The notes below the pieces were generated by a model. The model was not told the DNA's origin. It saw only the letters and a program-made list of their open reading frames with translations, and made no database searches. Of a stretch of 64,000 nt of DNA, positions 56,459 through 64,000 are shown one piece after another. Both the position numbers and the translations under genes were made by a program. This stretch comes from Candidatus Omnitrophota bacterium. GTDB taxonomy: Bacteria > Omnitrophota > Gorgyraeia > Duberdicusellales > 4484-171. The first letter of the stretch is position 1. Every line of letters begins with the position of its first letter. The stretch covers positions 208,703 to 272,702 of the forward strand of contig PMCS01000029.1 of the NCBI GenBank assembly GCA_003154195.1. Direction: 5' to 3'.

Positions 56459-57578
56459 AAAAATCCTCCTTATCCCTCGCGCGGTGGAGATTAACGAAAA
56501 CAAAAGATTGCTGGAGGTGGGGAGGCTTCTTTCAAAAAAATATGATGTTTATATGCTTCATTGGAATAAGCCGGGGGGAAACAGCTTTATCGCCCAGGCC
56601 GGCGCCTGTTTTCGGGATATTTTTAAGACGCGCCAGGTTTTCGAAAGCAACGGCGTTCTTTTTGCGCAATACCCTTTTTTCCATCGGCCTTTTTCCGCGG
56701 TTAATATATATAATACTTCCTCCCTGCAGAAATTTATCGATGATTTCAAAATCAATGTGGTGATCAATGCGGTTAACCCTCTTTTCCCTACGCCTTTTTC
56801 CAAAAAATATAAACATATTTTTGATTTAAATGATTTGCCAGCCCGGGAAAATCAATCGCCGGAAGGCCGTTTCACTTATGAATTTGCGCGCCGCGAAGCG
56901 CAGAAAGCCGACGCCATTATCGCCGGTTCCCAGGGTCTGGTTGATTACGCGAAAGCTGCCTTTAACCGCAAAGCATATTTAATCACCAATGGGGTGAGGC
57001 TTTCCGATTTCCGTTTGGATTTCGAAGAAATAAAACGGATACGTATGGCGTTTAATCTGTTGAACAAATTTGTTATCGGCTTCAGCGGCTATCTGGGGGA
57101 ATGGGTCGACACCGATTTTCTTATTGATTTATTTTTAGAGCTAAGGAAGAAGAGCAACAGCATCGCTTTTATGATTATCGGCGAGGGGCCGCGATTAAGT
57201 AATTTAAAAAGACAGATCAAGGATAATAATTTTATTTTTATCGGCAGCCTTCCCGGCCCGAAAGTGGCGCACTATTTGTTTGCTTTAAATATCGGTATCC
57301 TTCCCTTTAAGAAGACCCCGGTGCAGGATTTAACTTTTCACGCGAAGCTGGTTGAATATACCGTCGCGAAAAAAATGGTAGTCGCCGCGCCTTTAGCGGA
57401 AGTGGCGCGCCTTAATTTCCCCAATATCGTTACCGCTGGTCTTTCGGTGGACGAATGGGTGAAAGCCATAGAACAAACGCGTTCGATGCGCTGGGATTCC
57501 GGCTGGGACGGCCTAACCGCCGGCTACGATTGGACAAAAATTTCGGAGAAGTTCGGGGAAGTTATTGAGGCGAAATAA
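56451..57578 (+). CDS. GT4 glycosyltransferase
   Basis: ITNGV, GFSGYLGEWVD, IIGEGP, GILPF, KLVEY. Confidence 0.85.
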   Translation: MIKKILLIPRAVEINENKRLLEVGRLLSKKYDVYMLHWNKPGGNSFIAQAGACFRDIFKTRQVFESNGVLFAQYPFFHRPFSAVNIYNTSSLQKFIDDFKINVVINAVNPLFPTPFSKKYKHIFDLNDLPARENQSPEGRFTYEFARREAQKADAIIAGSQGLVDYAKAAFNRKAYLITNGVRLSDFRLDFEEIKRIRMAFNLLNKFVIGFSGYLGEWVDTDFLIDLFLELRKKSNSIAFMIIGEGPRLSNLKRQIKDNNFIFIGSLPGPKVAHYLFALNIGILPFKKTPVQDLTFHAKLVEYTVAKKMVVAAPLAEVARLNFPNIVTAGLSVDEWVKAIEQTRSMRWDSGWDGLTAGYDWTKISEKFGEVIEAK

Positions 57579-57603
57579 CTAGATAGTATAATAAGTTTTT
57601 TTA

Positions 57604-57742
57604 GGATATCAGGGGATCAGGATATCGGGATTTGGGGATTAGGGAATCGGGAGATTAGGAAAAATACCCAAGAGGCGATAGCCGGCTACCAAATATCCCA
57701 ATCTCCTCATTTCCCGATCCCGATTTCCTGATATTCCAATCC
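57604..57742. repeat. Inverted 8-bp tandem-repeat arms
   Basis: ggatatca/ggggatca/ggatatcg... left arm and ccaaatat/cccgatc/cctgatat right arm. Confidence 0.7.
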
Positions 57743-57762
57743 CCTTTATTTAAGGAAATAAT

Positions 57763-59154
57763 ATGCCCGACATAAAGCTATCCATAATCATCCCGGTCTA
57801 TAACGAAATAAATTCGGTCATGGAGATCCTCCGTCTTGTTAAAAATGAGCGGCATAACAAGGAAATAATCATCGTTGATGACGGATCTACCGATGGCACG
57901 CGTGAATTGCTGGAGCAGATAAGCGGCGATAATATTAAAGTTTTGTTTAATGAGGAAAACCACGGCAAAGGTTATTGCCTGCGCCGCGCTATCGGCCATG
58001 CGGGAGGCGATATCACGATAATCCAGGACGCGGATTTAGAATATTATCCCGATGAATACGGCAGTCTGATTGAGAAAATTGTTGAGGGCAAGGCCGATGT
58101 GGTATACGGCAGCCGTTTCCTGGGAAGCCATCGCGTCTTTCATTTTTATCATTACCTGGGCAACATGGCGGTAAATTTAGCGGCCAATATTTTGTTGGAT
58201 GCCAATCTTACGGATTTGATGACTTGTTATAAAGCTTTCAAAACCCCTTTACTGAAAAAAATGCTTTTAAAAGCCGATCGGTTCGGGATAGAAACGGAAA
58301 TCACGGCGGAAATTTTTAAAAGAAAATACCGGGTTTACGAAACGCCGATATCCTATAACGGCAGGACGCTGGAAGAAGGTAAGAAAATAAAATGGACGGA
58401 TTTTTTCCACTGCATATATTGGCTGTTACGGGCAAGTATGCGCACGGTAGATGTCGGCCATGAAACATTATTAAAACTTACGGCGATGAAAAATAACAAT
58501 GCCTGGGTTTATGATAAAGTTAAACCGTTTTTAGGAAAAAATATTATCGAGCTTGGTTCCGGCATCGGAACAATTTCGCGCTACCTTATCGCTAGGGGCC
58601 GCAAGGTAACGCTTACGGAAATAAACGAGGAATACGCGCGATATTTACAAAGCCGTTTTTCCGCCAATCCTTCCGTGAAGATTGTAAAAGCGGATGTTTC
58701 CGGTATTGATAAAATTTTTGACGCCGGTTCTTTTGACTCAGCCGTGGGCATCAATCTTTTAGAACATATCGATAATGACGCGCAATTACTGAAGGGTATT
58801 TTTAAAATATTGACGCCGGGAGGGAAGTTGATTTTGATTGTCCCGGCGCATAAAGCGCTTTTTTCCCGGTTCGACCGCGACGTGGGGCATCAACGCCGAT
58901 ATTCTAAAAAGGAATTGACCGATAAATTAACCGAAGCTGGTTTTACCGTAGAGGCGGCGGAATACATGAATTTTTTCTCGTCGGCCGGGTGGTTTATCAA
59001 TTTCCGTATTTTTAAGATGAAACAAATGCCCAATTTTACCGTCAAGCTGCTGGATCGGTTTATTCCTTTTATCGCCTGGATTGAAAAATATATCAGGTTT
59101 CCCTTCGGCCTTTCATTATTTTTTGCCGCGCAAAAAAAAGTCATCAGTAAATAA
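57763..59154 (+). CDS. Bifunctional GT2 plus class I SAM methyltransferase
   Basis: IIPVYNE, VDDGSTDGT, QDADLEY, YGSRF; C-terminal ELGSGIG, LEHIDND, GHQRRY. Confidence 0.92.
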   Translation: MPDIKLSIIIPVYNEINSVMEILRLVKNERHNKEIIIVDDGSTDGTRELLEQISGDNIKVLFNEENHGKGYCLRRAIGHAGGDITIIQDADLEYYPDEYGSLIEKIVEGKADVVYGSRFLGSHRVFHFYHYLGNMAVNLAANILLDANLTDLMTCYKAFKTPLLKKMLLKADRFGIETEITAEIFKRKYRVYETPISYNGRTLEEGKKIKWTDFFHCIYWLLRASMRTVDVGHETLLKLTAMKNNNAWVYDKVKPFLGKNIIELGSGIGTISRYLIARGRKVTLTEINEEYARYLQSRFSANPSVKIVKADVSGIDKIFDAGSFDSAVGINLLEHIDNDAQLLKGIFKILTPGGKLILIVPAHKALFSRFDRDVGHQRRYSKKELTDKLTEAGFTVEAAEYMNFFSSAGWFINFRIFKMKQMPNFTVKLLDRFIPFIAWIEKYIRFPFGLSLFFAAQKKVISK

Positions 59155-59332
59155 TGTGGAGTTTTGCATAACCTCTTATGGGATGAAGAGAAATAGGAGA
59201 AAACTTTTGTGCAACCGAATATAACAATAACCCCCCAAAAATTTTACCACCAGGCACCAAGACACTGAAAATTTAAAAATCATATCTTTTCTTTGTGTCC
59301 TTCGTGCCTTCGTGGTTAAAATAGTTTATTCT

Positions 59333-60727
59333 ATGGTTAAAAAAAGTTTCATAAACGATTTTTTTCTCATCGGCGTTATTTTAGCGTTAACTTACCTCAT
59401 TTTTACCTTTATCGGTTTATCCCCCCATACTTTTTTTATTCTCGGCGGCCTGGCTATTTTTTTTATCGCTTTTTTCCGGACAGATTTTGCTCTCGTAGTT
59501 TTGATTTTTTCCATGCTCCTTTCCCCGGAATTCGGCGTAGGCCACGCCGGCGGAAGAGAAGTGATGGTGCGGCTCGACGATATCTTTTTATTTATTGTTT
59601 TTTTGGGATGGATGGCAAAAATGGCGGTTAGTAAAGAGCTGGGGTTGCTGCGAATTTCATCCCTTAATCTGCCAATCTTAGCGTATATCGCCGTTTGCAT
59701 AATCTCTTCTATTCTGGGGATTTTAAGAGGGGAGGTGACATTCAAGGGTAGTATTTTTTATATTTTAAAATATGTGGAATATTTTCTGGTATTTTTTATG
59801 GTAACCAATAATATACGCGATATGGAGCAGATAAAAAAATTCATTTTTTATATGATTTTTGTCTGCTTCCTTATAAGTCTCTATGCCTGGTTTTCGCATT
59901 CTTCAGGGGCCGAGCGCGTCAGCGCTCCTTTCGAAGGCAAATCCGGCGAGCCGAATACCCTGGGGGGATATTTGCTTTTACTGATAATGGTTTGTATAGG
60001 ATTATTATTAAATTTAGAGCAGAGAAATTATAAGATTTTTCTCTTTCTGGTCATTTTTTTTGCTTTTCCCGCTTTTTTGTTCACCCTTTCTCGCGGTTCG
60101 TGGCTGGGATTTATTCTCGGTTATCCGGTATTAATATTTCTTACAAAAAAAGGCAAGACGGTTCTCTTAGGTATTTTTATTATACTTCTGTTTTTATCCT
60201 CCGTAGTGTTTCCCAAATATGTATATAAAAGAGTCCAGGAGACTTTTTCTAAACGGACAGAGCGTACAATCCTGGGGAGGCGTTTCAATATCGATCCGTC
60301 TGCGGCGGCGCGTATTGATACCTGGAGAGAAGGCATAAAATTATGGAGTAAATCACCTTTCTGGGGGCATGGTGTGGGGATAGCCGGGTCCGTTGTCGAT
60401 AATGAGTATACCCGTATACTTATCGAGGTCGGCTTGATAGGGTTTGCCGCTTTTTTCTGGATTATATTAACGCTATTTAAGCATTCTTTCATAAATTTAC
60501 GCTTGCTTGAATATGATAATTTTTCCAATGGAATCATTGCCGGATTTAGTGCAGGGTTAGTGGGTCTTTTGGGGCATTGTTTAAGCGCGGGAACATTCAT
60601 CATCATAAGGATTATGGAGCCGTTTTGGTTTTTTGCGGCGATAGTAATGCTCCTTCCGGAATTAATTAATGAGACTTCGCCGAGCGCAAGCCCGGAGGGC
60701 GCAGCAGGAGGCGGTAGTGAAACTTAG
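59333..60727 (+). CDS. O-antigen ligase / Wzy-family membrane protein
   Basis: Multi-TM, EPNTLGGY, TLSRGSW, ARIDTW, PFWGHGVG, DNEY. Confidence 0.88.
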   Translation: MVKKSFINDFFLIGVILALTYLIFTFIGLSPHTFFILGGLAIFFIAFFRTDFALVVLIFSMLLSPEFGVGHAGGREVMVRLDDIFLFIVFLGWMAKMAVSKELGLLRISSLNLPILAYIAVCIISSILGILRGEVTFKGSIFYILKYVEYFLVFFMVTNNIRDMEQIKKFIFYMIFVCFLISLYAWFSHSSGAERVSAPFEGKSGEPNTLGGYLLLLIMVCIGLLLNLEQRNYKIFLFLVIFFAFPAFLFTLSRGSWLGFILGYPVLIFLTKKGKTVLLGIFIILLFLSSVVFPKYVYKRVQETFSKRTERTILGRRFNIDPSAAARIDTWREGIKLWSKSPFWGHGVGIAGSVVDNEYTRILIEVGLIGFAAFFWIILTLFKHSFINLRLLEYDNFSNGIIAGFSAGLVGLLGHCLSAGTFIIIRIMEPFWFFAAIVMLLPELINETSPSASPEGAAGGGSET

Positions 60728-60877
60728 ACATTTGTAAGCCGAAGGCGAAACAAATGTCTGTAGTTGAACTATCCCCGCAAGGGGATAGTCGAATCAATGA
60801 AACTAAGTCCCGCTGTATTCGGTGGACCAAGTTTCATTGCCCGGAGCGAAGCGGAGGGGTTTGAGACTTCGCCGTAA
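60668..60877 (+). repeat. Concatenated array of boxed hairpin cassettes
   Basis: Boxes at 60668 (aatgagactt), 60715 (tagtgaaact), 60761 (tagttgaact), 60786 (tagtcgaatc), 60796 (aatgaaacta), 60829 (aagtttcatt) and about 60861 (tgagacttcgccg), separated by different hairpins. Confidence 0.85.
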
Positions 60878-60987
60878 AAAAGTCAGGCCGCTGGAAGCGG
60901 GCGTCAAGATTTTTCCCCGGACTTCATTAGGGTATAGGCAGTTATCCGGACTTTTATATTTTACTATACTGCAAGAAGTTATCCATT

Positions 60988-62718
60988 ATGAATAAAAATA
61001 TAGAGAGGTTTACGGCGACAAGCATAAAAATACTTACTATCGCCGCGATGGTATTATCGGTGTTTTCTCTTATTTTTGTTTGCCTGCCGAATAATTTGTT
61101 GCTTCCCTGGTTTACAAAATTAGCTTATATTTTTATTGATAAAGATAGAATCGCCGGCGCAGTAGATCGATTGCCGCAAGAATTGAGCCATATCATCGCG
61201 CAGCTAAAATCCCTTTTGCTTTTTTCTTCCGGCATGATTATTGCCTGGGGCTTGTTGTGGAATTATATTTTTAGAAAAAGTCTGGCTCAGCCGACCGGTA
61301 AAGAAATCGCACCGCAACAATACGCTTATTTTCCCGCGCGAATAATTGTTTTTCTTACCCCTATTGCCTTGATTTTAAGATTGGTAAATTTTAACCAGAG
61401 TTTTTGGTTTGACGAACTCAACCGTAGTTTTTTGACACTAGGATTCATCGAAAGTATTTCCAAAATAATCCTATCGGGCGTGCACGTATTTTATAGCATT
61501 GTCGGCCGTGTCTTCTTATTATTTTTCGGCCGTCACGAGTGGGCTTTCCGACTGCCGGCATTGATTTTGAGTATTGTTTCTATTTGGTCATTACCCCGAT
61601 TATCCCGGATTTTAAAAGAAAGAAGCATTGTTGTTATCAGCATTATTCTTTTTGTTTTTTCCCCGGCCCAGATAAATTTTAGCCAACAGGCAAAAGGGTA
61701 TACCGCTTTGATGTTTTTTACGATTCTCTCCAGTTATGCTTTTTTCCGGATCATTGAAGAAGACAGCAAAAATTTGTGGCGCATATACACGGTAAGCTCT
61801 ATTTTAGGGCTTTGGACGCATACTTATATGGGCATGGTGACTATCAGCCAAATTGTTACAATACTATTAGGGCTTTTTGTGTTTAAGGGTGACGATAAGA
61901 CCCACGTTCCTTTAATTGATTTTAAAACCGCCAATAAATTTTTTCTGTCCATAACACTTTCGTTCGCTTGTGTTTTTTTTCTATATTTGCCGTCATTACC
62001 GGAGTTAATTTCTTATACCTTGCGCGATTATCCCCGGCAGAATCTCGATTTAAATTTTGCTATTTCATTGTTCGATATGCTGGGTTGCCCGGGCGGTAAC
62101 ATTTATGTTTCTATCTCGTATATATTTCTATTTTTTTTAGGTATAATATTTATGTGGCGTAAAAACAAAATTTTCTGCTTATTTACCTTAAATTTATTAT
62201 TTATACCTTTATTACTGGCTAAACTGACTAAGCCGATTTACCTTTACGAGCGATTTTTTATTTTTGTGTTGCCGTTTTATCTTATTTTTTCTGCCGCCGG
62301 TATTTATGGTATAGTAACAGGCGCGCGTTTTAAGAAACCTATTTTTATCTACGGCGTTATCGTGGCCCTATTGGTTGCGGCAAATTTTTCGCCGCTTTTC
62401 GATATATTGACAAAGCCCCAGCAGGACTATCGTGCTGCCGCCGGATTTATCAAAGAAATCGCTAAGGCCGACAGAGATACGGTGATTGTTGCTCCCGGGG
62501 TTGCCGGCGCCGAAGTAAGTTTTTATTTAAATGATTACCGGGTCGTCAGGGTAAAAACGCTGCCGGAGGTTAAAAAGGTATTGTCTGATTACGCTAAGCC
62601 CGTATTTTTTATAACTTACCACTCTACTATCGATAAGGCAATTTTAGGATTTATCGAAAAGAACTATAAACCGGCAGCTTTTTATCTGTCGCGCTCGACG
62701 ATAGCGATATATAAATAA
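60988..62718 (+). CDS. GT-C (PMT/ArnT-like) glycosyltransferase
   Basis: LRLVNFNQSFWFDE, EWAFRLPA, SQQAKGY, YERFFIF, DYRAAA. Confidence 0.85.
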   Translation: MNKNIERFTATSIKILTIAAMVLSVFSLIFVCLPNNLLLPWFTKLAYIFIDKDRIAGAVDRLPQELSHIIAQLKSLLLFSSGMIIAWGLLWNYIFRKSLAQPTGKEIAPQQYAYFPARIIVFLTPIALILRLVNFNQSFWFDELNRSFLTLGFIESISKIILSGVHVFYSIVGRVFLLFFGRHEWAFRLPALILSIVSIWSLPRLSRILKERSIVVISIILFVFSPAQINFSQQAKGYTALMFFTILSSYAFFRIIEEDSKNLWRIYTVSSILGLWTHTYMGMVTISQIVTILLGLFVFKGDDKTHVPLIDFKTANKFFLSITLSFACVFFLYLPSLPELISYTLRDYPRQNLDLNFAISLFDMLGCPGGNIYVSISYIFLFFLGIIFMWRKNKIFCLFTLNLLFIPLLLAKLTKPIYLYERFFIFVLPFYLIFSAAGIYGIVTGARFKKPIFIYGVIVALLVAANFSPLFDILTKPQQDYRAAAGFIKEIAKADRDTVIVAPGVAGAEVSFYLNDYRVVRVKTLPEVKKVLSDYAKPVFFITYHSTIDKAILGFIEKNYKPAAFYLSRSTIAIYK

Positions 62719-62720
62719 TT

Positions 62721-63392
62721 ATGCAATTTATTAAAAAATACATACGGCAAATTTTTAAATCTCTTGGTTTTGAAATACATAAGATTATTGCTATCCCATG
62801 GGGCGCGGGTGATGATTTCGAACAATCATTCAATGAGGTTAATAAAAATGAATTAATTAGCTCAGGGCGTTGTTTTTTGCTCTGGCAGTTAGGAAGATAT
62901 GCATCTAAAAAAGAAGGCGATGTAGCTGAGGTCGGCGTTTATAAGGGCGGTTCGGCAAAAATTATATCTAAAATCTGTCCCAATAAAAAAATACATCTTT
63001 TTGATACATTTTCAGGAATGCCCCAGGAAACTACCGGAGTAGATCTTCATAAAAAAGGAGAGTTTAGCGATACTTCCCTGGATTTAGTAAAAACATTTCT
63101 GGCTGATTGTGTCAATGTCGTATTTCACCCCGGTTTTTTTCCTGCTACTGCCGCGACTCTCAATAATGCAAAATTTTGTTTTGTGCACGTCGATGCGGAT
63201 ATCTATCCGTCCGTTAAGAGTTCTTTGGAATTCTTTTACCATAAAATGGTTATCGGCGGTATCATAGTATTTGATGATTACAAGTGGGATATGTGTCCGG
63301 GGGTAGAAAAGGCTGTTGATGAATTTTTTAAAGATAAAGCTGAGAAGCCGATCGTAATAGAAAAATTCCAATGCATGATAATAAAAATATAG
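62721..63392 (+). CDS. TylF/MycF-family O-methyltransferase
   Basis: GDVAEVGVYKGGS, LFDTFSGMP, HVDADIY, GGIIVFDDY. Confidence 0.92.
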   Translation: MQFIKKYIRQIFKSLGFEIHKIIAIPWGAGDDFEQSFNEVNKNELISSGRCFLLWQLGRYASKKEGDVAEVGVYKGGSAKIISKICPNKKIHLFDTFSGMPQETTGVDLHKKGEFSDTSLDLVKTFLADCVNVVFHPGFFPATAATLNNAKFCFVHVDADIYPSVKSSLEFFYHKMVIGGIIVFDDYKWDMCPGVEKAVDEFFKDKAEKPIVIEKFQCMIIKI

Positions 63393-64000
63393 CTTGCAAA
63401 GATTATTACGATTACATTAATTGCCCTTTGTGTCAATCGCGCAGCAGCGTTCGTCTTTATTCGTTTGATTACAAGAAAATTTATTTTGAGTTTCCTTTTG
63501 TTTTGGTTCGGTGCAAAGACTGCGGTTTTATTTACAACCGCAACCGCCTGAAAACAGAGCAGCTTAACAAACTATATAACACCGATTATTATGTTATTGA
63601 CCCTAAGGGGTTAGAAAAAAGGTTGTGGTTCCCGGCGGTAGAAGATTATTTAAATAAGATAAGGCCTTTAGAGGAAAAAATCTCCGGCAGAAATTTTCTG
63701 GATATCGGCTGCGGCATGGGTTTCCTGCTGAAAATCTGCCGGGATAACGGCTGGACGGTTAAGGGGGTGGATGTTTCGGCTACGGCAGTGGAATATGCCG
63801 GAAAAAATCTCGGCATAAAAGTAGAACCGGGCAGGATGGAAGATGTTGATTTCGGGGAAAATAAATTTAACCTTATTTGCGCTTTGGATTTGCTCGAACA
63901 TTTGGAACAACCCCTGAAATTTATCGAGCTTTGCTACGAATTGCTGGAAAAAAACGGTATCCTGGTTATGGAAACTCCCAACGCAGGGAGTATCTATAAA
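63371..64000 (+). CDS. Class I SAM methyltransferase with N-terminal zinc ribbon (partial, runs off window)
   Basis: My translation from ATG 63371: NCPLC...RCKDCG...LDIGCGMG...GVDVS...LLEHLEQP...ETPN; absent from the ORF track because it has no stop. Confidence 0.88.
   Translation, partial: MHDNKNIACKDYYDYINCPLCQSRSSVRLYSFDYKKIYFEFPFVLVRCKDCGFIYNRNRLKTEQLNKLYNTDYYVIDPKGLEKRLWFPAVEDYLNKIRPLEEKISGRNFLDIGCGMGFLLKICRDNGWTVKGVDVSATAVEYAGKNLGIKVEPGRMEDVDFGENKFNLICALDLLEHLEQPLKFIELCYELLEKNGILVMETPNAGSIYK

Noticed and set aside
60668-60877. CRISPR array
   Set aside because: Repeats are only about 10 bp and degenerate, spacers are self-complementary and variable in length, and there are no cas genes in the window.
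63400-63420. gattattacgattac short repeat
   Set aside because: It is coding sequence (DYYDY) of the terminal methyltransferase starting at 63371.
429-63910. Numerous short antisense or overlapping ORFs in the track (e.g. 2602-3105, 9803-10417, 24244-24906, 29559-30266, 55726-56241, 63668-63910)
   Set aside because: They lie opposite or inside well-supported genes and have no recognisable motifs.

Overview
Bacterial chromosomal window of moderate GC. Gene content and intergenic repeat style are reminiscent of Ca. Omnitrophota/PVC, but that is inference only. 1-11.3 kb is housekeeping and signalling (gatC 3' end, gatA, gatB, S41 protease, tsaD, MgtC, larB, larC, a histidine kinase and two receivers). 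11.4-13.3 kb holds an intact elongator tRNA-Met, an upstream copy split into three pieces by hairpin insertions, and a downstream anticodon-arm remnant. 13.3-26.9 kb has nth, a TolC/EmrA/EmrB efflux set, a nitroreductase and more kinases. 27-64 kb is a large exopolysaccharide/surface-glycan locus (two ExeA-like ATPases, HD-GYP, Wza, Wzc, Wzy/O-antigen-ligase-like protein, glycosyl- and methyltransferases). Nested inside it (about 39.3-54.3 kb) is the most interesting system, a multi-enzyme RiPP-like cluster. It has a 69-aa six-Cys, Asn-rich precursor, a PqqD/RRE, three radical SAM/SPASM-type enzymes, a B12 radical SAM, a UPF0489 arginase-like/TPR protein, an HPr-kinase-like protein, an S26-like protease with Cys in place of the catalytic Ser fused to a GT-C transferase, an ABC exporter, a GT4 and a nucleotidyltransferase. 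The window also carries three kinds of small non-coding element: hairpin cassettes bounded by conserved 10-bp boxes that nest, concatenate and invade genes and a tRNA; an 87-bp in-frame palindromic insert in the kinase gene; and intergenic inverted arrays of short tandem repeats. All calls come from reading motifs by eye; no searches were run.
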